Origin: Chitinophagales bacterium
Lineage (GTDB): Bacteria > Bacteroidota > Bacteroidia > Chitinophagales > Chitinophagaceae
DNA: 43,900 nt
Direction of reading: 5' to 3'
Assembly: GCA_013297585.1 (NCBI GenBank)
Contig: JAAFHG010000001.1
Span: forward strand, 1 to 43,900
Made by a program: the position numbers and the translations under genes. This document shows positions 1-10,108 of the stretch, in pieces; the first letter of the stretch is position 1, and every line of letters begins with the position of its first letter. The notes below the pieces were generated by a model that ran no database searches, had not been told where the DNA came from, and was given only the letters and a program-made list of their open reading frames with translations.

Positions 1-222
1 AAGCAAACTGCACAAATAACCTTACATGGTGGCGCCAACGATTTTGGTAGCATTATGCTAGAAGAAAACGTAGTAAGTGCTGCAGGTGCGCCACATAGAT
101 TTACCTACAAAAGTATACAAGAAGCTATTTCAGAAGCAGGCTTTAAACCACAGCTACGCACACAGCAGTACGAGTGGCGAGAAATACCTAGCTTGATTGA
201 AGAACAGGTGATAGATTATTAA
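1..222 (+). CDS. mqnC: 3' end of radical SAM protein, MqnC/CofH family (cyclic dehypoxanthinyl futalosine synthase), partial
   Basis: Not in the ORF track. Frame 1 reads KQTAQITLHGGANDFGSIMLEENVVSAAGAPHRF...EQVIDY*, with TAA at 220-222. GANDFGS.M.EENVV.AAG is the MqnC C-terminal signature. Confidence 0.8.
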   Translation, partial: KQTAQITLHGGANDFGSIMLEENVVSAAGAPHRFTYKSIQEAISEAGFKPQLRTQQYEWREIPSLIEEQVIDY

Positions 223-226
223 AATT

Positions 227-283
227 GTCTGAACTTGGACCCGATAGCTATCGGGTTTGGACGATTTTATCGATTAGAAGGAT
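227..283. repeat. Left half of a GTCTGAAC/GATT-periodic element with a nested 16-bp palindrome
   Basis: gtctgaacttgga[cccgatagctatcggg]tttggacgattttatcgattagaaggat, starting 5 bp after the mqnC stop. The palindrome is at 240-255. Confidence 0.7.
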
Positions 284-294
284 ATACAACATAC

Positions 295-330
295 GAAAAG
301 GCTGCTCGGTAACGGGTAGCCTTTTCTGCT
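295..330 (+). terminator. Intrinsic terminator after mqnC
   Basis: gaaaaggctgctcg-gtaa-cgggtagccttttc hairpin followed by T-rich sequence. Confidence 0.7.
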
Positions 331-481
331 TTATATTTTACTTTTTGCAGTGTTCGTTTGTTACATATCTCAGTAGAGATAAAGCAGATGCTATTTCCGC
401 CATACAATATGATACGTTGTTACACTTGAGGTGCTTTTTTTAACTTGTATTTGCGAAATAGGCAGAAGCGCAAAATACCAC

Positions 482-1873
482 CTACTCATTTTCCTCAAAC
501 AATGCATGAACGGCTTTAAGTTCATTTATAATTGTTGGTAATGTATTTGTAAGAATTATTGACTCAATGCCAATTTCGCTTAATAATTCATAATAGTAGA
601 TAACGTAGTTTGTTTCCTTTTTTCTAAGGTGGTACAGTAATTTAATTAAGAAAAGTAGATTGAGTTCTGAAAGTGTAAAGGCTATTGTTTTAGGAAACAA
701 GTCGGTAATATTTTTTGCTTCATATACATACTTATAAGTTACAACATCTGCCTCATTTTCAAATAATTTACGTGCTATAATTGCTAACAATGCCAAGGGA
801 TGTTTATCAGATTGTTGCTGCAATAAACCGATTACTTCTCTATAAAGTTCTGGCTTTTCAGTTGCATTTATATTTTCTAAAACATTATTAACTATTTGTA
901 CATTATCGCTGTGTTCGGCAAGCAAGGCATTAAAATAGGCATCTAGCTTTTCCGCAACTGCTGCATCAAATACATCGCCTTGTTTTGCAACAAATGCTTG
1001 TATTTCGTGCCATTTTTCTTCAAATAGCGAGTAGGCTTCATCATTTACACTTTGTGGTTTGTCTATAGCATTATCAATTAAATCATAATTTATATCGTCA
1101 AATTCATCCTCCAACGTAACATAATCTGGCTGTGTAATGCGCAATATCCTCAATTGCAATTCAAGCATAATATAATTCTGCTCTAGAAATGTACGTTTTT
1201 CAACTTCTTCCTTTAACAATAAATTCTGAAAACTAATATCCCTAACCGTTTCATGTGTAATATCACCTAAGGCATAATCGCTAATGGCGCCATTCTCAAA
1301 TTCATTTAGCAAATCGTTTTCGTTTATATCGTCTATGCCATTTTCGTTTATTACAGTATATGTGTAATTGCCTTCACCAGCATACTTCTTCAATTTTGCA
1401 AGGGCATCTCTAAATTGATTAGCATTATCAACAAGCAAATTTGGGTCGCCATCTTCATCACCAACTGCAATATCAATTAACGGTATTTCATCATTATCTT
1501 CTTCTAAAATATACTTAGAAATTTCAAACTCTGGGTGTGGTTCAATATTAAACTCTCTTGCAAAATCGTGACCTGCATAAACAATGTTATGTGCAAGATT
1601 ATAGTCGATTTCTGTAAATTCATGCATAAAGCCTTCGTATCGTTCCAGCACTTCGGCTTCATCTACATTAAAAAAATAAAACGTGTCTTTAACGCCAAGG
1701 CATAGTAAGTCAATTAAAAACATGCCAGCCGTTACCCTACCATTTACATGCTTACGCAAAACATTTATACTTGCTATTTGGCTTTCTTCCCAATCTTTAT
1801 TAATTAAGCATTTATATATTGGTAAAGACCTTGCTTTTGTTTGAATATACTTTTTTGGGGATAATTGTTGCAT
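482..1873 (-). CDS. Hypothetical acidic protein
   Basis: Long ORF (track start 1918; ATG of MQQLSPKKY at 1873 is the more likely start). Cys-containing N-terminal region and acidic helical C-terminus; no function recognised. Confidence 0.75.
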   Translation of the reverse strand: MQQLSPKKYIQTKARSLPIYKCLINKDWEESQIASINVLRKHVNGRVTAGMFLIDLLCLGVKDTFYFFNVDEAEVLERYEGFMHEFTEIDYNLAHNIVYAGHDFAREFNIEPHPEFEISKYILEEDNDEIPLIDIAVGDEDGDPNLLVDNANQFRDALAKLKKYAGEGNYTYTVINENGIDDINENDLLNEFENGAISDYALGDITHETVRDISFQNLLLKEEVEKRTFLEQNYIMLELQLRILRITQPDYVTLEDEFDDINYDLIDNAIDKPQSVNDEAYSLFEEKWHEIQAFVAKQGDVFDAAVAEKLDAYFNALLAEHSDNVQIVNNVLENINATEKPELYREVIGLLQQQSDKHPLALLAIIARKLFENEADVVTYKYVYEAKNITDLFPKTIAFTLSELNLLFLIKLLYHLRKKETNYVIYYYELLSEIGIESIILTNTLPTIINELKAVHALFEENE

Positions 1874-1937
1874 AATTCTTGAATAAACGACGTTCGCATT
1901 TGATTGCAAACTAAGCATTAGTAAACCATTTATACAT

Positions 1938-1987
1938 ATTCAATAGAAAGATGCTACTCATAAATGAGTAGCATCTTTCTATTGAAT
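1938..1987. terminator. Perfect 24-bp inverted repeat, probable terminator
   Basis: attcaatagaaagatgctactcat-aa-atgagtagcatctttctattgaat. Confidence 0.65.
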
Positions 1988-2005
1988 TAAGTTTCCGCCA
2001 CCCAT

Positions 2006-2222
2006 CTCGGTCTCATAGCGCTGCGACTAAGCAAAAAGATGATTCAAAGCAGCCATAGCGAAGATAAACAGTTTTGTTACTAAAAAAGCCCTTTACCGTC
2101 ACTGCTGCGAGGAACGAAGCAGTCTGCATTGCAAAATAAGCTGCTTAGTTATTGTGGTGTATCAGCTTTTCCCCGCAGTGCTATGCAGTCTTGAATTTTT
2201 TTGTTATTTTTTTGTTTCAAGA
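2006..2222. repeat. About 210-bp structured repeat, copy 1
   Basis: ctcatagcgctgcg...gcagccatagcgaagat ... tgtatcagctttt..ccgcagtgctatgcag.cttgaattttttgt...tgtttcaaga. Matches 4662-4868 in the same orientation; the arms are mutually complementary. Confidence 0.85.
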
Positions 2223-2245
2223 CATAAGTTACAGCTACTAAAAGT

Positions 2246-2304
2246 AAAATCAGTGCTTATCCCTCTACCCGATAGCTATCGGGTCTGCATCATCCGTGTT
2301 CCTA
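2246..2304. repeat. GAACACGGAT-type half element with a nested CCCGATAGCTATCGGG (2268-2283)
   Basis: aaaatcagtgcttatccctcta[cccgatagctatcggg]tctgcatcatccgtgttcc. Similar to 5812-5880 and to the reverse complement of 7983-8025. Confidence 0.7.
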
Positions 2305-2718
2305 TCCAATCTGTAGTTGCAATTGCTTCGTAGTTGTACTTATAAACTCATTCTTATCTTTTTGAGCCTCTTTTAGTAATACTTTTAATTCTTCAGGAAT
2401 GGCAAAATATTTTTCTGCCCACAAATGAATTTCTACAATTATTGGTAATAGGTCTATTGCTTTCTGGGTTAGTTTATACAACACTTTTGCCTTGCTGCTA
2501 GGATGTTGTAGCTTTTCAATCAATTTGTTTTCTTCTAGTGCTTGTAATCTAGATGCTAAAATATTGGTGGCTATACCTTCTGCCGATTTTAAAAAGTCGC
2601 CATAAGTTGATTTATTAAAGAACATCATATCTCTAATTATTAGTAGCGACCACTTGTCACCAAATACATCTAACGAACAACTGATAGGGCATTCAGACCT
2701 TTTTTTTACTGTTTCCAT
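2302..2718 (-). CDS. HxlR-family winged-helix transcriptional regulator
   Basis: CPI...LD.FGDKWSLLIIRD and GIATNILASRL motifs; N-terminal sensor Cys; divergent from oxidoreductase genes. Confidence 0.9.
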   Translation of the reverse strand: METVKKRSECPISCSLDVFGDKWSLLIIRDMMFFNKSTYGDFLKSAEGIATNILASRLQALEENKLIEKLQHPSSKAKVLYKLTQKAIDLLPIIVEIHLWAEKYFAIPEELKVLLKEAQKDKNEFISTTTKQLQLQIG

Positions 2719-2747
2719 TTGTCTATTTACAATTTTTCAAAAAAATT

Positions 2748-2797
2748 ACTTGCAATTTGAAAGTGGTTTATATATTTGCACTTGCAAAATGCAAGCA
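2748..2797. promoter_or_regulatory. Tandem imperfect palindromes (probable HxlR operator) flanking a Bacteroidota -7 box
   Basis: acttgcaatttgaaagt and acttgcaaaatgcaagc on either side of TAtaTTTG, between divergent genes. Confidence 0.5.
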
Positions 2798-2826
2798 AAT
2801 TTATTAATTAACAGTCAAACAATAAA

Positions 2827-3621
2827 ATGAAACAAACTATTTTAATTACCGGGGCTTCTTCGGGCTTTGGCTTGCTAGTGGCAACCAAGCTACACCAAAG
2901 CGGCTACAATGTTATTGGCACAAGTCGTAATCCACAAAAAACAAAAGTGCCATTTACTATGCTAGCTTTAGACATTGCAGATGATAATTCTATTAATGCT
3001 TTTGGCAAAGAGCTGTTTAAGCACATTGCTCAATTAGATGTTTTGATAAACAATGCGGGTTTTTATTTATCGGGGCTTGCAGAGGAAACAAGCATAGAAG
3101 AAGGCAAACGACAACTTGAAACAAATTTTTGGGGAACAATAAAACTTACCAATGAGTTGTTGCCTTATTTAAGAAAACAAAAATTTGGGAAAATTATTAC
3201 CATAGGTTCTATCATGGGTTTACTTAATTTTCCAAGTGGTGCCTATTATGGCGCATCAAAGCATGCATTAGAGGGATACTTTAAAGCTTTACGCTTTGAA
3301 CTACACGAGTTTAATATAAAAGTAGCAATGGTAGAGCCAATGGCTTTTCAAACAAATGTTATCAATAATTCGGTGGCAGCACAAGGAAGAATTAGTGACT
3401 ATAATGCATATAGAGGCAAATTAGAAAAATTTGCAAAAGATTTGGTTGAAAAAGCAGCAGAACCTACACCTGTAATAAATACGATTATAAAACTTGTAGA
3501 GGACAAGAATCCAACGTTTAATCATCCTGTAGGTAAGGGCGCTTCATTGTTTTTGGCAATACAACATTTTGCCTACAAAACATTTGAAAATTCGATTATC
3601 AAAAATATTAACAAATTTTAA
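2827..3621 (+). CDS. Short-chain dehydrogenase/reductase (SDR)
   Basis: TGASSGFG, NNAG and YGASK (YxxxK) motifs. Confidence 0.92.
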   Translation: MKQTILITGASSGFGLLVATKLHQSGYNVIGTSRNPQKTKVPFTMLALDIADDNSINAFGKELFKHIAQLDVLINNAGFYLSGLAEETSIEEGKRQLETNFWGTIKLTNELLPYLRKQKFGKIITIGSIMGLLNFPSGAYYGASKHALEGYFKALRFELHEFNIKVAMVEPMAFQTNVINNSVAAQGRISDYNAYRGKLEKFAKDLVEKAAEPTPVINTIIKLVEDKNPTFNHPVGKGASLFLAIQHFAYKTFENSIIKNINKF

Positions 3622-3631
3622 AATCAATACC

Positions 3632-4636
3632 ATGAAAGCATTTATTGTAAAACAATATAGTAAAAAGGAAAAATTGCACCTTACCGAGGTAGCAGCGCCA
3701 AACATAACAGAAAACGAAGTGCTAGTTCAGATTAATGCTACCGCAATAAACCTACTTGATAGCCTAATAAAAAACGGCGATTTTAAAATATTTCTACCAT
3801 ACAAAACGCCTTTTATAAATGGGCATGATATGGCAGGCGTAATTACTAAAATAGGATCAAAAGTTTCACAGTTTAAGGTTGGTGACGAGGTGTATGCAAG
3901 ACCTGCAGATTATAAAATAGGCACATTTGCAGAATATATTGCCATTAATGAAAAAGATATAGCCTTAAAACCAACCAATGTTTCGATGGAAGAAGCTGCA
4001 TCGATTCCTTTGGTTGGGCTTACTTCCTGGCAGGCATTAGTAGAAATTTCAAACTTAAAAAAGGGGCAAAAAGTATTCATTCAAGCTGGTTCTGGTGGTG
4101 TGGGTACATTTGCTATTCAATTGGCAAAGCACCTTGGGGCATTTGTTGCTACTACAACTAGTGCTGCAAATACAGCTTTGGTTAAAAGCCTTGGGGCAGA
4201 TTTAGTGATAGATTATAAAACACAAGATTTTGCTACAATTTTAAAGGATTATGATGTGGTGTTGCATAGCAATAGAGAAGCAAAAGTGCTTGAAAACTCT
4301 TTGAAAATATTAAAACCTGGTGGCACTTTAGTATCACTTACAGGCCCACCAACACCAGAATTTGCCAAAACATCAGGTTTAGGCTTTCATTTACAAATAT
4401 TAATGAGCCTCTTGAGTATGTCTGTAAGAAGAAAGGCAAAAAAGCTAAATGTGAATTTTAAATTTCTGTTTATGAGAGCTGAGGGAAAACAGCTTACAGA
4501 GATTACAAGGCTGATAGAAGCAGGCATTATTAAACCAGTTATTGACAAAGTTTTTCCTTTTGAGCAAACCAACGAGGCAATGACGTATGTAGAAACAGGG
4601 CGTAGCAAAGGTAAAGTGGTTGTAAAAGTGATATAG
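3632..4636 (+). CDS. NADP-dependent quinone oxidoreductase-like protein (MDR/zeta-crystallin family)
   Basis: GHDMAGV, AGSGGVG and GRSKGKVVV motifs. Start taken at MKAF (3632) rather than the track start of 3569. Confidence 0.9.
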   Translation: MKAFIVKQYSKKEKLHLTEVAAPNITENEVLVQINATAINLLDSLIKNGDFKIFLPYKTPFINGHDMAGVITKIGSKVSQFKVGDEVYARPADYKIGTFAEYIAINEKDIALKPTNVSMEEAASIPLVGLTSWQALVEISNLKKGQKVFIQAGSGGVGTFAIQLAKHLGAFVATTTSAANTALVKSLGADLVIDYKTQDFATILKDYDVVLHSNREAKVLENSLKILKPGGTLVSLTGPPTPEFAKTSGLGFHLQILMSLLSMSVRRKAKKLNVNFKFLFMRAEGKQLTEITRLIEAGIIKPVIDKVFPFEQTNEAMTYVETGRSKGKVVVKVI

Positions 4637-4661
4637 TTGCCTATCAAACTAAAATTTCCCA

Positions 4662-4868
4662 CTTGGCCTCATAGCGCTGCGGATTAGCAAAAGCAGATAC
4701 AAAGCAGCCATAGCGAAGATGCACAGTAAAATACAAAAGCCATTCATAAGCCTAAGCCCAACAAACAGCCAAAAGACCATAGTAAGCTTCTTCGCTATAG
4801 CGCTGTATCAGCTTTTGCCCGCAGCGCTATGCAGCCTTGAATTTTTTTGTAACTTTTTTGTTTCAAGA
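4662..4868. repeat. About 210-bp structured repeat, copy 2
   Basis: Direct repeat of 2006-2222 with an unrelated central loop; long inverted arms catagcgctgcgg...ccgcagcgctatg. Confidence 0.85.
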
Positions 4869-4967
4869 AATGCTCAGCATTCGCGAATTCAGATGAAATA
4901 AACAACAGAAATATGAGCTACAAAAGTTAAAGAGAAAAAGCAGAAGTCCTATTGCGAGTAGGTGCAT

Positions 4968-5570
4968 CTAGTGCAAAATTCCTTCATTAATGAAATCTTC
5001 ACCCGGGTATTCAATAATTGCATTATCAGTTCCAAACTTTAAGCCTAACTCAACAAAAAGCTTTCTAAGCTTTTCTACTTTTTGCGTGCATTTATCACCA
5101 AATGCAACTTTATCAGAGCTTAACTTAAAATTCCCACAATGAAAACATAATAAAATACTTTCTACTAGCCTACCAGATTTATCAAAAAAGAGTATTGCAT
5201 TTCTAGGGAAAAAACATTGCGTAATTGAGCCATAGTTTGGCTTTTGCTTGTAGAAATTATTATAAAGAATATCTGTTAGCTTGCTTTTATGTGCTTTTGT
5301 TAATGTTTTAATCTCAATTAAACTATCCACTAGTAAGCTGTCACCTTTTATTGGATAGTTGAGTCTATGATATCGAAAAGAGACTATCTTAATGGTAGTG
5401 CTAATATTAAATGGATAGAAACGATTTCTTTCTGCTTCAGAATATTTTGATTTGTAAAAACAGTTTAAGTCACCCTTAAGTTTCGGGATTTTAATTTTTT
5501 CAATACTTGCCTGTGCATTTACAATTTGCGAAAGCGAAATGATGAATGATATTAGAATTAATTTTTTCAT
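4968..5570 (-). CDS. Hypothetical exported protein with CxxC
   Basis: Signal peptide MKKLILISFIISLSQIVNAQ from 5570; CFFPRNAILF and LCFHC motifs. Confidence 0.7.
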   Translation of the reverse strand: MKKLILISFIISLSQIVNAQASIEKIKIPKLKGDLNCFYKSKYSEAERNRFYPFNISTTIKIVSFRYHRLNYPIKGDSLLVDSLIEIKTLTKAHKSKLTDILYNNFYKQKPNYGSITQCFFPRNAILFFDKSGRLVESILLCFHCGNFKLSSDKVAFGDKCTQKVEKLRKLFVELGLKFGTDNAIIEYPGEDFINEGILH

Positions 5571-5640
5571 GAAATGGCACGCTTTTGTAATGACCACATC
5601 GTACATATAAAAAATAATTTTATTGTATTTACCCAATTGT

Positions 5641-5695
5641 CTTGAAGGGCACTTGAAGCACACTTAAAGCGTAGTTGAAGCACAGTTGAAGCACT
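5641..5695. repeat. Five tandem 11-bp repeats
   Basis: cttgaagggca cttgaagcaca cttaaagcgta gttgaagcaca gttgaagcact. Confidence 0.8.
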
Positions 5696-5811
5696 AGTAT
5701 ATAGTACCAAATACATTTTAAAGCTACCGCATGTACTATGTTTCTAAAACATCAACCACCATTGTGTATTGAATATTGTACATTGACTATTGCATATTAC
5801 AACTTAACCTT

Positions 5812-5880
5812 AAAATCTGTGCTTATCCATCCAAATATCCCCCTCGGGGGGATTACAGGGGGCTCTGTCATCAGTGTTCC
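5812..5880. repeat. GAACACGGAT-type half element with a nested GC-rich hairpin
   Basis: aaaatctgtgcttatccatccaaat[atccccctcggggggattacagggggct]ctgtcatcagtgttcc. Confidence 0.6.
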
Positions 5881-5893
5881 CATATCTTACCCG

Positions 5894-7195
5894 TCACACT
5901 TTCCACTCTTTTTTTATTGGTCTGTGCAACAGCATATTAGCTTCTTCGTCACCTATAAACTTTTCTTTCGCAGGATTCCATTGTAAACTACGTTGCAGCT
6001 GGTAGGCAATATTGCCAATGTTACAAACCGTTGCTGTTCTGTGTCCTGTTTCTACATCGCAGATAGGTTGGCTTCTTTTTTTAATGGCATCAATAAAATC
6101 TTGATAATGATTGGTGCTTTTATAAACACGTATTTCATTGTCGCCAATCACTTTGGTTTTTAAAGATTCATCAGGCGTTGTTTTTAATACGCCTCTTGCT
6201 ACATATACCTCACCTTTTGTACCAACGAAAGTGCAAGATTGGCTGCCTTTCACTGTTTGATGGGTCATCTTAATACCGTTGGCATATTCATACACTAAAC
6301 CATCTTTTGCATTGGCAATACCAGAAGGATAAGTAAGTTTAACAGGGCCGCTATTATCCATATCCAAGCCCCATTGTGCTATGTCAAACATATGCGCACC
6401 CCAATCGGTCATACTGCCACCGCCAAAATCTTTATAGTTGCGCCAGTTGGGCCACATCTTTGCTTCATATTCAATGGTAGGTGCTAGGTCTTTATGATAA
6501 GGTCTTTCTATCGTGTTAGGTCCTAACCATGCTTGCCAATCCAATCCATCTGGTACAGTTTCACTAGCCAAATCAAAATCTTTCGGTGGTCCGCCAACAT
6601 TAATTTTTACTTCTGTAACATCACCAATGTAGCCGTTACGTACCAATTCAACCGCTTGTCTAAATTCGTTCCACGAACGTTGCATACTACCTGTTTGAAA
6701 AACACGATGGTGTTTTCGAGCAGCGTTCACCATGGCTCTTCCTTCTGCTACGGTTAATGATAGTGGCTTTTCGCAATACACATCTTTACCAGCGGCGCAA
6801 GCCCTTACCGCTGCGGCAGCATGCCAATGATCGGGCAATGCAATAATCACTGCATCCACATCTTTACGTTCTAGTAGCTGCCTAAAATCGGTATAAGCAT
6901 TAATGCTTTTTCTGTCTGTATTGTTTTGCGCTTGATAAAACTTATTGACGTTGGTAATAAAACGTTCTGTTTTTTGCTGAAATACGTCTGATGCAGCAAC
7001 AAATTCTACCTGATTGGTTTTTAAGAAGCTGTTGATTAAACCTGGACTTTGTTTGCCGCAACCAATAAAACCGACATTGAGTTTATCGCTTGGGGCAATA
7101 AAACCTCTGCCCAATACATGGCGAGGTACAATAAAAAAGGCAGACGCGAAAGCAGTAGTTTTCAAAAAACCTCTACGGTTGATGTTTGATTTCAT
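5894..7195 (-). CDS. Tat-exported Gfo/Idh/MocA-family oxidoreductase
   Basis: NRRGFLK twin-arginine signal; GFIGCG, PDHWH, CEKP and DWGAHMFD motifs. Confidence 0.93.
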   Translation of the reverse strand: MKSNINRRGFLKTTAFASAFFIVPRHVLGRGFIAPSDKLNVGFIGCGKQSPGLINSFLKTNQVEFVAASDVFQQKTERFITNVNKFYQAQNNTDRKSINAYTDFRQLLERKDVDAVIIALPDHWHAAAAVRACAAGKDVYCEKPLSLTVAEGRAMVNAARKHHRVFQTGSMQRSWNEFRQAVELVRNGYIGDVTEVKINVGGPPKDFDLASETVPDGLDWQAWLGPNTIERPYHKDLAPTIEYEAKMWPNWRNYKDFGGGSMTDWGAHMFDIAQWGLDMDNSGPVKLTYPSGIANAKDGLVYEYANGIKMTHQTVKGSQSCTFVGTKGEVYVARGVLKTTPDESLKTKVIGDNEIRVYKSTNHYQDFIDAIKKRSQPICDVETGHRTATVCNIGNIAYQLQRSLQWNPAKEKFIGDEEANMLLHRPIKKEWKV

Positions 7196-7499
7196 ATGGC
7201 TATGTTTGAAAGATGATTATCAATACCTATTAAGATACTGCCTTTGCTAAAACAGTAAATTCAACGCTATCTATCAGGCTGCCCCATTGCTCAATCTTTA
7301 CCACACTTAGCCTAGTTTGCTTTTACACCTTCGCATACAATCCTTACAGCAATTAATACTTAAGGCAATATAACAAAATATATCATTACCTTAAACGTTT
7401 ATTTACTAAAAGTTGGCGCTCCTACACTAGCAACAGCTTGTATTAAAGGTTAGTAGCTTTGGCATAGCACAAAATTTGTAAGCTACTCACTGCAATCTT

Positions 7500-7919
7500 T
7501 TATTCAGTCGCTTGCCCCGCAGGAAATTTACTCATATCCATAAAAAATATTTCCCAGGTATGGCCATCCATATCTTCAATCGTTCGCTGTTGCATAAAGC
7601 CATAATCTTTAAACTCAGCAGGCTCTATACCACCTGTTTTAAGGCCATTATCTACTACTTGGTGTACCTGTTCTACACTATCCATACTTAATGAGAATAG
7701 CCCTGCCAAAGCAGATTTTGTATCAGCTATTGGTTTAGTGGCAAAGGTTTTAAACTTGTCGTGTGATAGCAGCATTACGAAAATGTTGTCGCTCCACACC
7801 ATGCACTTGCCTGCATCATCCGAAAACTGCGGATTGTTCGTAAAGCCTAATGCGGTGTAAAAGTCCATAGATTGTTGCACGTCTTTCACTGCTAAATTGA
7901 TAAATATTTGCTTTGCCAT
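7500..7919 (-). CDS. VOC/glyoxalase-bleomycin resistance family protein
   Basis: IFINLAVKD..S.DFY.ALGF..NPQFSD and D.DGH.WE motifs. Confidence 0.9.
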   Translation of the reverse strand: MAKQIFINLAVKDVQQSMDFYTALGFTNNPQFSDDAGKCMVWSDNIFVMLLSHDKFKTFATKPIADTKSALAGLFSLSMDSVEQVHQVVDNGLKTGGIEPAEFKDYGFMQQRTIEDMDGHTWEIFFMDMSKFPAGQATE

Positions 7920-8098
7920 GGTATAACTGTTAGTTTAAAAATGTTGTTTGGTAAATGTAAGGTGTGAATGTGACATGCAGAAATAGGAGCACGGATGACG
8001 CAAATGGGATGGATATAGACAAATAGGTATGTTAGGGTGTAGAAGCTTAGTTGCAAATGACTCTAAGTAAGCAACGTGTCTAAGCCTCACACAAAAAA

Positions 8099-8122
8099 AT
8101 TGCCGAACAAGGTTCGGCAATT
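8099..8122. terminator. Terminator hairpin downstream of the SDR gene
   Basis: aattgccgaac-aag-gttcggcaatt, with an A-tract on the + strand (U-tail on the - strand). Confidence 0.7.
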
Positions 8123-8162
8123 ATCAGATTTAAAACATGATAATTAAAGCATTGTGATACCC

Positions 8163-9023
8163 CTATTTTAGCAAATCTTGCATACCAAATGCAGTTAAAA
8201 AGTTGTCGTATTGTTCTTTTACAGCCTTGTTAGCCACTTCAGTAAAAGCACCAGTAGCAGGGTCTACCACGGTACGTAGTGGTCTTTCGCCTTTTGGTGT
8301 TTCAATCAGTTTTACAATGGCATTTGCCACATCTTGTGGATTTGGTTTTACAGCTTCAAACAAATGTCCCATGCCTTCACCAATTTTTTCAGGAATACTT
8401 GCTAAGTCGCCATAACCTGCGCTCACTGCTGTGTCACTACCAGTTTTTGATTTACCAAAAATATCAGTAGGAAATGCACCCGGTTGAATAATAGCCACAT
8501 CTATACCTAGTGGTCTTACTTCATAGTGTAAGCCCTCGCTTAACCCTTCAACAGCAAATTTTGCAGCATTATACACTGTCATAAACGGTGCTGAAAATCT
8601 ACCCAAGCCACTTGAAATATTAATGATTAAACCCTCACCTTGGTTTCTCATGGTAGGCAATGCCGCTTTAATACTTGCCCAAATACCAAATACATGCACA
8701 TTAAACATGTCTTGTACATCGGCAACAGTATAGCTTTCAGCCAAGCCGCCACCAAAATAGCCCGCATTATTCACCACCACATCTAGTCTGCCTTCTTTTT
8801 CAATAATGGTGTTAATAGCGCTAGTAACAGATGCTGTATTGGTAACTTCTACATCGAGTACAGTCACGTTTGGTACAGCACTTAATTCAGCTGCTTTAGC
8901 TGCGTTTTTACCTTTTGTATCACGCATGGTGGCATATACAGTATGGCCTAATGCTACTACCGAATGTGTGGCTAACCAGCCAAAACCACTATTTGTTCCT
9001 GTAATAAATACTACTTTTTTCAT
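8163..9023 (-). CDS. Short-chain dehydrogenase/reductase (SDR)
   Basis: TGTNSGFG, NNAG and YNAAK motifs. Confidence 0.92.
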   Translation of the reverse strand: MKKVVFITGTNSGFGWLATHSVVALGHTVYATMRDTKGKNAAKAAELSAVPNVTVLDVEVTNTASVTSAINTIIEKEGRLDVVVNNAGYFGGGLAESYTVADVQDMFNVHVFGIWASIKAALPTMRNQGEGLIINISSGLGRFSAPFMTVYNAAKFAVEGLSEGLHYEVRPLGIDVAIIQPGAFPTDIFGKSKTGSDTAVSAGYGDLASIPEKIGEGMGHLFEAVKPNPQDVANAIVKLIETPKGERPLRTVVDPATGAFTEVANKAVKEQYDNFLTAFGMQDLLK

Positions 9024-9148
9024 GATTAATTGTTTGATTGTTACACAAAGTAACAGTCGATAGTATACATTTGTAACAAATAACTATTTGGTAACACAAA
9101 AAACTAGTTACCCAATAGTAACAATAACTTGAAAACACAGTCACTAAC

Positions 9149-9490
9149 ATGAAATTAGATAACCCAAATAAATGCCCGTTGACTGCTGCATTGCATATTA
9201 TAGGTGGCAAGTGGAAGCCATTAATTATCTATTCGCTTGATAAAACACCTAAGCGCTTCGGGCAATTAGATGCGATGATACCCAATATATCTCGTAAGGT
9301 ATTAACCACACAGCTAGAGGAATTGCTAGCACATGGCATAGTAGAAAGAAGGGCTTACCCTGAAGCACCACCAAGAGTAGAATATAGCCTTACCAAAAAA
9401 GGGAAACGATTAATACCTATTTTAAACCAATTGTGTAAATGGGGCTGCAATGTGCTAGAGGAGGAAGAGATATTGGCTAATGCTAACTAG
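9149..9490 (+). CDS. HxlR-family transcriptional regulator
   Basis: CP...AL.IIGGKWKPLI and PPRVEYSLT motifs; divergent from the SDR. Confidence 0.92.
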   Translation: MKLDNPNKCPLTAALHIIGGKWKPLIIYSLDKTPKRFGQLDAMIPNISRKVLTTQLEELLAHGIVERRAYPEAPPRVEYSLTKKGKRLIPILNQLCKWGCNVLEEEEILANAN

Positions 9491-9521
9491 TGTAACAAAA
9501 TATAAGTAGCCCCCTTAATAC

Positions 9522-10094
9522 CTAACTCTCTTTGGTATAGCGATGCACTTGATTAAATGCTTCTCTAATGGCTACCCCACGCTTTTTTAGTTCTACCTGT
9601 ACCAAAGGCAAGCTGTTTACTAAAATAGTTACATCATAACGGTTATCATGTGTGCCTTTCTGTTCAAATTGTGATATTACTTGTACTTTATTACGTGCAA
9701 TATTCTTTTTATCTACCAAGTAAATGTTTTGAATATGCCCATCATCAAACACAAAATCGTAGATATAGTTATCATGTATTTTTCTGGTTTTTTCTACAAG
9801 ATTATCGCTTGGTTTATCTAAATACTCCTCTACAAAACGCACCCATTCGCTATCAGTAAATTGCATGTTGTTCAATGCTTGTAATTGTACTCTTACATTA
9901 CCAAGCATGGCATCAATAGAAGAAAGATGAGTTAGATATTCATAACCTTGGTTGGTTAAGTCTTGTATAAACTCACGTTCTAGTGCTGCCTTTGTTTGAT
10001 ATACAGCCGCTGCTTCATTTAAAACCGAGTATTTGGTGTACTTGTCTAGTACAATGAAATTGTTAGATTCTGCAATGGTATTATACAATGTCAT
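9522..10094 (-). pseudogene. hsdR: Truncated type I restriction subunit R (N-terminal nuclease region only)
   Basis: [23 protein letters not shown]...AFNQVHRY motifs. Stops at 190 aa versus about 1000 aa normally; no helicase domain follows. Confidence 0.88.
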
Positions 10095-10108
10095 AACGTT
10101 ACTTGTTA

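Noticed and set aside
225-443. 72-aa ORF MSELGPDSYR...
   Set aside because: It is a translation of the repeat, palindrome and terminator, with a TTG start and no protein features.
4719-4901. Short ORFs 4719-4901, 7935-8120, 24301-24510 and 27403-27606
   Set aside because: They overlap repeats or are antisense to the hidden pseudogene.
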